Source of the DNA: Acanthaster planci
Taxonomy: Eukaryota
Length of the DNA stretch: 64,000 nt
Assembly (NCBI RefSeq): GCF_001949145.1
Contig: NW_019091361.1
Location: 2,527,825 to 2,591,824 of the forward strand
Direction: 5' to 3'
In this document: one piece after another, positions 28,401 through 40,400 of the stretch
Position numbering within the stretch: position 1 is the first letter of the stretch
Layout of the letters: every line of letters begins with the position of its first letter
Translations under genes and position numbers: made by a program
The notes under the pieces: model-generated
The model's input: only the letters and a program-made list of their open reading frames with translations
What the model was told of the DNA's origin: nothing
Database searches by the model: none

Positions 28401-31400
28401 CTGTATGTTCGTGTTTCTGTGCAGAAATACTTGACCTTAACTTGTAAGTACTTCTAACAGTTTCCCTCCTATGTTTTTATTCCGTATAATGTGCTCCTCG
28501 AGTCTGCAATATTTGGGCAGGTTTGACATTTTTAGCATAAAGTTGTGACTTTGTGGGTGGAAGTTAATTAGAGCAGTTTGTTCTTCTGTGTCTTGTGCAT
28601 TTCCATGATAATTTTGCAATCAGGAATGACTCAAAATGCTCACGTGTCGTGTGTTTTTTTCTTATAGACTGGCCACCCCAGCGGAAGAAGAGAGCAAAGA
28701 TGAGGTAACCGATCAAGCAGGCGTGGCAGAGGACGAAGCAGAGAGCAGCTTGCTCCCTCTACCAATTTTATCTGGTAAAGAATGACGATTGCTTGTGCCA
28801 ATTTGCAGGACTCTGTGTTATGTTGTGCACTGATTGCATGGGTTGGAAAGAGTCCATTGTTCTGCATAGCATTTGGGAGAGACGACATGAGTGATTCACG
28901 ATACAGTGCACCCCAAGCGTTTAACATTAAAGAAGGGGGCAAGTCAGTATTGATTATAATATGCAGCTTTACCAGTGACAGCATCGTGAAGGTGGCTTGG
29001 ATGGTCAGTGAGTGAGCTCGATGGGAGTTGACAAACCAGACGAAAATGGTGAAATGGTCGTGGTGTCCCAGTTGTCACAAGAAGGGGGAATTTGCAAGAT
29101 GTGATTGTGAAAGCATGGACAAGGCATGATTATTAAGAACTGTTCTTGATTGCTGTGTAATGGTGTTGTACCGCTATGTTACCAAACATGTAGCTCACAA
29201 TGTGTTCTACACTTCTGTTGGTTTGAGTCCCTTCATGATGGTTTATAGTGATATTGTAAAGTGTTCCTATTCAAAGCCATTAAGTTGAGAATGTCCAGGG
29301 TGGGTATTCAGTTCTCTACAGTTACTGTATGCGTATTTCAGCACTGTAATTAGAACATGTATGGAAAACAATTGCCCGTAGAATTGACAAATACAACTGA
29401 CAAAAGTTATTATTGCATGCACAAGTTGTATCTGTGATGGTTATTCAAGTTGTCGTCATCCAGGTTTTGCAAGTACATGTACCAGTAACAAGTAAAGCAG
29501 AAACCCCCAAAAAAAGTCTTTGTCACGTGGCAAGTTCTGGGCATGATGTCAGAAGCCCGTGTTGACCAGTTATCATTTTGTGCCCTTTGTAGGTTCCGTA
29601 TTCTGGGAAGAAGAGGATGATTTCCAGTTGCCCTATGACTTGTGGTGGCTCCACGCACACAACAAGCTAGCCAACAGATGCGATCCTTCAAAGTACAAGA
29701 AGCTTAAGAACAGTAAGTGCCAAAGGAATTCGGCCTTGAGGACATTGCACTGGTCTGTGACTCCAACCACTTGTACAAAATATGCACTGTTTGCATGACT
29801 TGTACAATGTTTATGTGTGGAACGGCTTGCTCACGCCAGCCAGTGATACTCTGGTGGTTGCAATGTGGAGCCACACCAAGCGCATAATAGTTCTTGAAGA
29901 ATGCACAGTGCTTGAAATAGGGCTTCACTTCAAGCTGGCAAATTCTAATTTTTTCCATCAGTGCGAGCAAGTTACCACCCAAAAATCTGGAGCTCCACAC
30001 CATTTTGACCAAGTATTGAAATAAATTCCCGCAGAGATCCTACATGGACTTTACCCTGTCTTTATTTTGACTTGAATTTACCCTAGGAATGTCTATTTAG
30101 CATTGAATTTTCTAGACTTGATGCAGAATTTTTCATCAGCAGTTTGAAAAAAGGGCACTAGTGGTTGCTCATGACATCAGGCCATGCAGAGGCAGTTTGG
30201 AGTTTAACAGGTTCATTTCAACCACCTGCTTCCGCCAATTTCAAGCCCAGCTTGTGAATGATTACGTCCACGGTTTTTGGATTGGGGATCAAGGGCAACA
30301 GAAAAATTGTCCCTGAACATGTTGATATATTGATCATTTGGACGTGTATCAGAGAGGTGGGCATTAAGAGACCATGAAAACAGCCCAAGAGGGAAAAGTG
30401 TCTTGGCTGAGTGAGTCAGAATGACTCACTGGTCAGTGTTATTAATGTACTAACCACTATTTCACCAGTTTTAGAAAACCATTATGGTGTACCTCATGAC
30501 TACATTATGTTTGGATGAACAAAAATGATTTTAGAAATGACAGTGGATGTATTCACTTTCGCATTAGTCACAAAAGGGAATATTTTTGTGGAGTTGTTTT
30601 CCCAAGCAGTCTTCTTTACAGTGTCGCTATGAGTAATCCAATGGGGGCCGAATTTCCAGAACGGAATCCACACCGTTCTATAAATATCACGGCGCAGATG
30701 GAGTGTGTGTGTGTTTTGGTCTGAAGCACTGAGGATTAAGTTGGCACACAGTTGCGAGCGACGCAGGGAAATAGTGCTGAATTACCCGGGCCAGGAAATT
30801 AGCCTCGGTCTCTCCTCAGGGCTGGTCTTGGCATTGCAAATGGAAAAGATTTAATCTGGCACAATGAGAGGGATGATAAAACCCTACCTATTCAAATAAA
30901 GCTTTTAAAGTTACTGCCTGGTTTGATAAAAAAGGCTGGGAATGTTGGACAAACATTGGGACATAAATGTCACGCACGCAAATACAGCTTTGTACAAAAG
31001 CTTCTGACGTGTCCGGCATATGTTTGACATTTTACTTCAAGGTTAAGTGCTAATATTTTACAGTATAGTGTTACTACTATGAAGTTACGCACATTGGAGT
31101 AATTAATCTAGTGAAAAGATATGGAAGCTCCCGCCCTCCATTTGCAGAACATTTTGGAAAGTGAGGCCTGTCAAAATTTGTTGCCTTCTGAAAAGAACCT
31201 TTGGCAAATTCACAGATAGTCCCCCAAATGCTGTTTATGTCTTTGCTGAGTAGATGTACAGTATGTGTACGTGCCTCATTATGATAAGTATCAAATTATA
31301 AGGTAGGATGTGATCTTGTTAACTAACGGCAGTGAATGTTTAAGAACATTGCCGGTGGTGCTGGGGCATGATGCATTGGCTTTAAACAGAAGACGGGGGA

Positions 31401-34400
31401 GGAAGCCTTTTATTTTCAGTGAAAAAAATTGTTTGCACTGAAATGAGGCAGTGGTTCTTGGATGTTTGTCTGCTCCATTATGTGCATCCCTGCCTCTACG
31501 CTAATCCCACGCCTTACACGTTGACATGCAGGTGCGTGGGTGTGCCCATTTTGGGGAGCCGTAGAGTGATTGAAACTGCAGTGGCTGCCTGTGTGGGTGC
31601 CATGGCGACAGAGCTCGGAGCTTCATTGGTTATATTCATTAACATTTAATGAGTACTTCTACTCCTAATGTTGGATGTCAGTGTACTCTTTGGAAAATGC
31701 TAAGCAAGTCCCATTTTCTTAGGTTGAAAAAGATAAAGATTATTTCCATGAATTGATTTTGGTTTTCTAAGTTTTACTGTCTTGTTAATTTTATAGAGAA
31801 ATTGTCAACGCATCTTTAATAGCGTAATTTCTGACCCCATAGTGGTTAATGAATTTGTGGGCTTTTTCCATGTTTGTCCCACAGATATCTATTATGACGT
31901 GAAGCCCATATGTAGCACGCAGAATTCGTGTAATTGTCGCAGACCCAAGGATGGAATTCAGAAAGGATGTGGCGACGACTGCCTCAACAGGTTGGTCAAG
32001 TTCATTTGACAGATTCCATCATTTGTCCTCCAAGCAACTCGGTGTCTAGTGTGTGGTATTTTTCGGGGAAATGCTTTTTCCGCTCTCCCCATCAGATTCC
32101 TGCCTCCTACGCATTGTTGAGGCATCGGAACACGACTGGATTGAACTGGCACATGCAGGGGCACGTTGACTACCTGGCCATGCAGTCTTCTTTCAATCCT
32201 TGGGCAGCTGCCCTGCATGTGTGCTTGGTGCGCAATGTAGGCATTCCCCACACACATGGGTGCTTTTCGATCTACATTTACTTGGGAAAAAGTTTCATCG
32301 TAAATCTTTACAGAAGAAGTAGAAAATAGGCTTGGAAAGAAGGAACTTCTGAAAGAATTGTTCAGCACTTTATTAACACAGTTAACTTGTTTGGGGAATG
32401 AATGAAGAGAGATAAACACTAATAAAAGGTGAGCGAGTACCAAAACAAACTCCGTGCAGGAACAAGCTGTTGTTAACATTAGAATCTATGGGAAATAATT
32501 CAATATTATGCCAAACAGGAGGTTAGAATATCTAGGAAATAATGTGGGCTTTGTTCAAGAGGAAGTGTTAACTGTATTAAATGAAAAGCGTGAACCAAAT
32601 GAATGAGCACTTCTGTAAATTGACTTTGCTGTTCACGCTAAGTCCTGGAATTTAAAGTGCAGTGCTATCGTAAAAAACTTGACTCGTCCGTGCCTGATTG
32701 TTACATAAAGGAATAGATTTCAAGCAATTGGGATTTATTCAACCTCTACTCTGGGTCTCCTCGTTTCCCATTCTTTCTCTGCCCTCAGGAGATTGCGGTG
32801 AAAAATAGTGCAGGAGTCATGTACTTTTTCCGTGGATTACAATTTGCTATTTGTGCCGTACAGCCGTTCAGTGGCAGATTGTTCACGATGTTGCATTTGG
32901 ACCCGGTCTCGGTCCCCGTGTCGCACTTTGCCAAATCCTCTCATTTGTGTATCTCTGCGTCAGACATTGGGTAGTGATTGATGTGGCAGTGATTGGTGGG
33001 CTTGTTTATCGTTGCCCCCTCTAGAATGGTCCTGAGTGAATGCTCACCGAGCACCTGTCCCTGCGGGGAATTGTGCTGTAACCAGAGAATCCAGAAGCAT
33101 GAGTGGGCGCCAGGACTGCAAAGATTTATGGTAAGCAGTAATCAACGAGCCATGCTGTTCCAACACATTCCTGTTACAAATACAACACAGAGAAAGGACT
33201 GTTAAGAAACAGCAACGCATTTCTAACCCATTAAAAAGAAAAATTAATGTTGAAGTTTATACATTATACATTGTGTATGTTTGTTTTTTCCTCAGTAAAC
33301 TTTTCTTTTTGAAAACTGTTTTTCAGCATTTTTCAGGGTTATACACATTCTATTTTGATGACTTCTATATTTGAAATTCTGTACATCAAAAATTCTTTTT
33401 AGTTTGTGAATTGCTTCAAACAGAATTTGAAGTACCCAAAGTACAGTTTTCTAAAAATGATTCTCACTGGACAATGGATGATGCCAGCTATTTCCATTGG
33501 TCCATGTCTCAGACTAAGGATCGGGGCTGGGGAATCCGGACCAAGCACCCCATCAAGGGCGGGGAATTCATCCTGGAATACGTGGGGGAGGTCATCAGCG
33601 TTAAGGAGCTATGGAAGCGAGCCCTGAGCGATTACCAGTACCAGAAGCACCACTACTACCTCAACCTGGACTCGGGTACCGTCATCGACGGGTACCGGTA
33701 CGGCAATGAGGGCCGCTTTGTCAATCACAGCTGTGACCCCAACTGCGAGATGCAGAAGTGGTCAGTCAGCGGGATGTACCGCATCGCTCTCTTTGCCCTG
33801 CGGGACATCGAGGCCAATCAGGAGCTGACGTATGACTACAACTTCCACGCCTTCAACCTCGAAACCCAGGTGAGATGTTCGTGAAAATGCATTCGTCGAG
33901 ATTTGTTTGTTAAAGTATCGGTTTGCTGTGTGGCAGTAGGACTCTTGACTTTATTTTTCCATAATTTGACTGATGATGTTATCTTCCTTCAGACAGAATT
34001 AATGTCCTGTGTATGTCAATTTTTCACTCTTGTGTGTGTAATTTTTGTATGAGAGCAACAAAGCAGCCAAATTTCATTGAAATGTGTGTCAGTAAACTGC
34101 TGTCATTTGATGTGAAATGGCCTTCCTATCTGAACAGCATCTTTAAATGAATTTCTGGTTTGTAATCCTTATCTCCTCGTCAACTTTGTCTCTGATGGTC
34201 CTTACCCACCGAGATATCAAGTGCAGTTATCAACTTTGCATTCATAGTTACGTTGGAGTTACCTATCTATTTGTATGATTACTACAGCAAGAGTGCATGT
34301 GCGGGAGTGCCAACTGCAGAAGGACCATCGGGGGCAAGACGCAGAAACTGAACGGCGTGGTCAAGAAGGAGACTAATCAGGGCAAGAAGACGGGCAAGAA

Positions 34401-37400
34401 GTGTGGCCGGCCAGTCAAGGACAAGAAGAAGTTACAGAACCAACTCAAGAAGCGGGTGAGCAAGTGAACTCTGGATGGTCCCCCTGGGTTGACAGACACA
34501 CATCCCCACCCCATCTTCTCCAGTGAACCCATCCAAGCCCAATCACCTGGTTCAGTTTGAGTACTAACCCACGTATTTCACTCGTCCAGCACTTAAAACA
34601 GAAATGAGGCTTTTCCCCCAATTTGGCTTTTTCCTCATGTTGTGTTTCCCACACATGCCATTACAACTTCCAAGATCATTTGTTAATTCCTGTGTAGCAT
34701 GGAATTTCCTGTTTCTTTTCTCACCTGCAAGTTCTGTGCCTAAAACACACTTGGCCGCCACACTTAATATCGGCGCCACTAAAACTCATACTTAATTTTT
34801 CATGTTCCATATTCCAAATCGAATACTCAACTACATGTATACCCTTCATGTTGAGAGGAAGGAATTTGCATTTACTCATTAATACCCCAAGTATGATAAG
34901 CCACTGCATTCATTTGGTGTTATTGATGCCACTTCACAGGAGAACGTGGCTGAACAACTGAGTGCCTTAAAGACCCTACGGCTGAGGTTACCCCGGCCGA
35001 TGTCTGTCCGTGAGATGAATCTCATTGCTGACAGGCGGGTTTTTCTTCTGCGGAACATCGAGAAGGTCAAGCGCGTCCGAGAGGCACTCTTGAAGGCCAG
35101 GCAGGGGAATAACTCCGTTAAAGTCAACAATCCCGACACCAATAAGAAAGGTAATTTTGACACCTGTTGGACTGACATGGAAATATGCTGTAATGGAAAT
35201 ATTCTGAACAAATTCTTTTATGCATTTGATAACAGGTCCGTGATTAGATTACTGTAAGCTTTTTGACCTGACAAAGGTCACCACTTAACATTCCTTCTTG
35301 GTAATCTGCCAGACTGTAAGGAACTTTGAGGTGTTTTTGTGGAATGGGTATGTGTATTAAATTACAGAAACATTTAAGGTCACGCTTGTTACCTTTACCT
35401 GGTCTGAGTTAATGTATATTATCAGCTAACTTGCAGCATTTACTTTAAAGTTAACCTTCCCAAAAAATCACCTAGAGATTTTGGAAGAGTTTGCATTATG
35501 AACAAAGGTATAGCCCAGACACTGTTTGTTTACATGGAGTTTATTCCCCCGAGAATTGAGAGTGCCAAGAATGTGCTACTGAGTTCCTGCAAAAGTCCCC
35601 AAGTCAAGGAGGTTCTTGGCAACAAATGCCTACATGCAGGCAGGTCAGGGTTTAACGCAGGGTCAGCCCCTTTCCACGTGTTGAAAACTCATTCCTGTTC
35701 CCACAGGGATCCCATTTGTCTAGTCTCAAACTGCTTTCTCTCCAGACGTGTTCATGGCACAGTTCACCGCCCTGAAGACGTCCCGCTCGGTGAAGACGCG
35801 CCGACTCGCAGCGGCTGAGGTCAACCAAGAGGTCACAAAGGCGGCCAGACTTGCCCAGGTCTTCAAGGACATCTACACGGTGGTGTGCACCTACAGAGAT
35901 GCCAACGGGCAGAGCCTGGCCATACCGTTCATGAACAGGCCGTCCAAGAAGAGGTAATTAGGGCAAAGAGAGTTGGAGTCCGTGGCTAGTTCTTTGATCA
36001 GTCGAGCCACAAGTCTGAGCAGATGGAACAACGACAAAGGAATGCATTTGTGGTAGTTAACTTTGACAGCCTCTGTCTTTACTCGAGACGGAACGATTTT
36101 TGAAGGGTTGACTTCTACACTGTGTACAAAACTGATGAATTTTTGGGGTGTTCATTATTTTCACTTGCCAATGAAACCGAGAGCTTTTCGGAGTCAGAAA
36201 CTTAATCTTTGGATTGGTGTTATAGAACTGCAAAGCTCGCGCAGTGGCTCAGCAAAACCTTGGCTTTTTGCCAGAGTTTAATATGCACTTGTTTGCATCT
36301 AATTTACAGCTTCTTGTCCTACCTGTGCAGAGCCACACACTGCCTGTCTACGTGCAATATTATTACACTCGATTCATGTAGCTTGAGACTGGCTCATGTT
36401 GTTTTTTTGTAAAGACGTTAATTATGCAGGAACAAATTTCACCGTTGTGCCCCTTTTATACCCCTGTCGTCCCAACAGTCAAACTCTGACTAGACGCATA
36501 ATTCACTCTTTCTTCACTTGGTTTAACATCAGGAACCAAGACTACTACCAGCGTATCCCCGACCCGATTGACTTGAGCACCATTGAGAGGCACATCATGT
36601 CTGGCTACTACAAGACGGTGGAGAAGTTTGACGAACACTTCATGCGCGTCTTCAGAAACGCAGAGGTGAGAACGCCAGAAGATTTTTATGATTGAGTGGT
36701 GTGATTAAGAAGTGTTAATTTTTACTTTGGAAATTTTGCCCCTCGTCGCCATGTATTTTTATAAAACTGTATACTCAGTGTTTTCTCGAGGGCTTACGGA
36801 AAAAACTTCCAACAACTTACTTGGTTGGGACTTGAACCCACAACTTCCCACTTGCTCGCAAAGGTGGCTTTCATACAGCTCGACCCCCAACCTGCCAGTT
36901 CAGCTTGCTGATTCAATTCAAAAGCAACGGGTACTGCATCAAAAATATTTATAAGGTGATTTCTTGGCAGTCTTTTGTCCTGTGTGGGTGTTTTTGCTCC
37001 GTGCGCGTGTTTTGACCCTACATTTTTAGGCCATCTTTGAGTGCATTAATTGTACGTCTGATCTGGAAGAAGAATGCCCACCATCAGTTGGATTGTAGTA
37101 GTGTGTGTATTCCTATTAAGTTGGACCATAAAGTCTTCTCGACAAATGTCAGAACCTAGGGATTAAGTCTTCCTGCAGTAGCTTGGTCACTGACATTTTC
37201 CAAAGTTTAGATAACACATTGGCACCAGGCACCAGCACATTTTTTAACTGTTCCTACATAACTGACATTTCAGAAGTGCTGCAGCCGAACCGAACCAAAA
37301 ATCATTGAACATGGCACTTTCGAACCGAACCGAATCAAACTGGTCGGTTCTGATGTTCGGCTTTGATATGGCATGGCATTAGTAGCGCACAGAATGCATG

Positions 37401-40400
37401 CAAGAAAACTTGATAAAAAAGCAAACACGATGAAAAATGGATAATGAGTTATGCCGCCCTGGTGCAGAATGCACTAGTGCTCAGCACATATGCATCGGGA
37501 AGGTACTGTAAATGTACACTGTACATGCACAGTACACTTACGGTGGCCCCGCATCACGCAATGGTTGGAAAAAGCTTGTGGTGAGAATTCACTGGTAATC
37601 AAACGAGAACATGCAACGTACAGCATTTTTGCTACACAACAAGTCTAAATTCTCACTACATCCAATTGTGCTTATGTATATTCAAATTTAGCATTATGTT
37701 TGCCAATCTCCAATAGGCACGCCCTTACGTTCCATGTTAGGCCAATGATGTCGTAAATGGCCGTGCAAAACTAATTTTGATTGGATGCTGATCATAGTCA
37801 GACTCGTGCTCGATCAAAGGCAACTCCAGAGGGAAAACTGATTTTGCCAGGCAGGCCAGTGCAGCAATCCAGCACATGACAAGATTTGGTTCGAGCGGTA
37901 GCCTAATTTGCCTTTCATTTGATTATGTTTGATCAAAGTCGTAGTGTAAATACGTTGTAGTAGAATTTTGTCAGATCTTTAAGTGTTTGCAAATCTCACA
38001 ACAAAACGCCGTTTTCCGTTAGAAAAAGACAGATGGAAGATCGCCTTTTTGGTCACGTGGGCGCCGTCCTGGGAAAGAATGCTGAAGGCTCTTCAAACAC
38101 ATCGAAAGCCATAGTTTGGTAGTTGAATCTGTTTCATGAAAAAAAACGATAACACAATTTGCTGGAAATCCAATTTTATCCTGTATCCTTAAAAGAAGGA
38201 AACTCCCATTTAAGCATGCTATTTTTTCTGTTTCACATATCCTATGATCATTTTGTTGAGTCTTGCGTTGTCCAAACGTAACTGCTTTTGGTCTGTAATA
38301 TACGGTCGGAAACTGTCACTCCAACTGTAACTTTCTAGGGAATTTTAACTCCTAAACAAAGTTTGGGGAAACAGTGTGGAAAAAAAATTATGTTCACATC
38401 GAAGTTACTCGTGGATGGGATGGAGAGGAGATTCATTGCTTGAATTGAACATACAAACGGAAGTACTATATACGGCATGTACGTGTGAGCGAGCTCTTTG
38501 ATGTCTCAATGTGCATTGTACATGTACATGTATGTACATGTGTGTACACATCTGACGTCTGAACCCGAACCAAACCGAAGTTTGGCAAAAAATTTCTGAA
38601 CCGTGTCCAAACCGAACCCAAACCAAACCTTGGCACCTACTTGCAGCACTACATTTCAGGCCAAGAATGTCAGCTCATTTGTAACGCAAGCCTGTCCAAT
38701 TAAGACGGAAGTTGCCGGAGCCACTTTTGAGTAAAAGGCCTTTGAAAGAATTTTCCACAATGTCAATGAATGGGAACCTTTCACCCATTTGCCCATTTTC
38801 ATGAAAACTAAATCTTAAAACAAAGAGCTCAGTTTACTCTGTCTGATATGAACCAAAACAAAACTAACGAAAAAATGGCCTGAATACTCATTTTGTGGAT
38901 CCAGTCACATTTTATAGTTGTTCATGTTCAAGCATACCCTTTGGAGTTATTCAGCGTCCCTGTTTGACCTGGCTGTGACCTTTTACATGGCTGCTTAAAT
39001 GTGCGTGATCTGATATGTCCATTGAGACACCGACCTCCCACGCAGGCAATTTCTGAACGCACTTTTGTGGAATGTCCTAATGGAGCAATGATAAAGATAT
39101 CGATAAAAGAGTTGCTTGGTGCTCAAAGCGGATGTCATGAGCATAACAGCTAATGACTTACTGGGAGTCGTAAAGCGTACATGACCCAGTTCTGCAAAAT
39201 GAGTCCCAAGTTACCAGAATTACTTTCAGGTTTGAGGCCTTAAAACAAATCACGCATATTGAAAATATTAGGAACTTTCAGTGTATTACTCGAGCTGCGT
39301 CTGTAGGAACGGTGAACTCAGTGACGCATCAAAATGAGCTTTGAAGTTTTCTTGACACAGCATATATAATGCGTGTGAAAAACAGTGGTCGAGATGGAGT
39401 ATTTAAGACCCCTTTGGCCGAATCTGGTCATAGAATGTCATTTCCAGTCAGGTCACAGCAACCATTGTGTCAAGGCTCTTATCATCGTGCGTTGAGGACG
39501 GTCCTGGTTTCGCACGTTCAGTGTGTGTCTGTGCTCTTTTAGGTGGGCCTTGTCATGAGTGCAACGCGCGCACATATTGCGGTCAGGCTGGATGGCATTG
39601 AGATGGCATTTATGACATACATGTGCCAGCAGTGTGAGCCTGCCAGAGTCATATTCGATGCCAGTGATGTACAGTACTGTACAATGCAAGACTTGGAAGT
39701 CACGTATGGGTCAAGTTTTGAGAGCAGGTGGTGACGTTGCAGTCGCGTGTTAATGACAAAGTCATGCCCTGTGCCAACAGTACTGTACATGCATTACAGT
39801 GCATGTGTGTGCAACCAGTGGCGTGCAGAAGCTGATTAATGTGTCACTGTCGTAAAAGTTTTCCTGTGCCATAGTCAAGCTGTATCTTGCAATTTAATGA
39901 CATCAAGCCCATAGGTGCAAATCGTACAATCGGGCTGTCAATGAATGTTTGTTATTTCCATCACACCTCTGGTTGGCGAAGGTAAGGCTAGGGTTTACAT
40001 GCAAATGCGCTCTGAGAATGGATAGTGCTACAGCAGATGACCTTTGACCTTTAGGAGAGGTGAAGAGAGAGAGGGGAAGTCCCTTTTTATGTGAAGGATT
40101 CACATTACTCAACCCATCCTCTTGAGCCGTGACTTACAGATAAATTACCATCAAGTGACACTTATTGATCAAAGGCTTAAAAAAAGCCACAGGAATCTGT
40201 GGTCTGTATGGCGATTTCATTGTCAATTGAAAGACTCTCGAGTAATGAGCTGTTTTATGGCAGTGAACAGTCTTTCACACGGTGTACATATTAGCCATTT
40301 GTCTCAATCATGCTGCCCTGTGTTTGACCCCTGTTCAAGTCGAGATGCATTTCCTGTACAGTACAGTTGAGTGACGGGATGAGGACACACTCCTCTAGCA

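Noticed and set aside
31958..32479. 173-aa minus-strand ORF and overlapping 131-aa plus-strand ORF
   Set aside because: Mostly intronic, with no domain signature or supporting splice pattern.
36800..36880. Possible tRNA gene on the minus strand
   Set aside because: Only a B-box/T-arm-like segment is recognisable, with no acceptor or anticodon stems; kept as a low-confidence SINE-like fragment.
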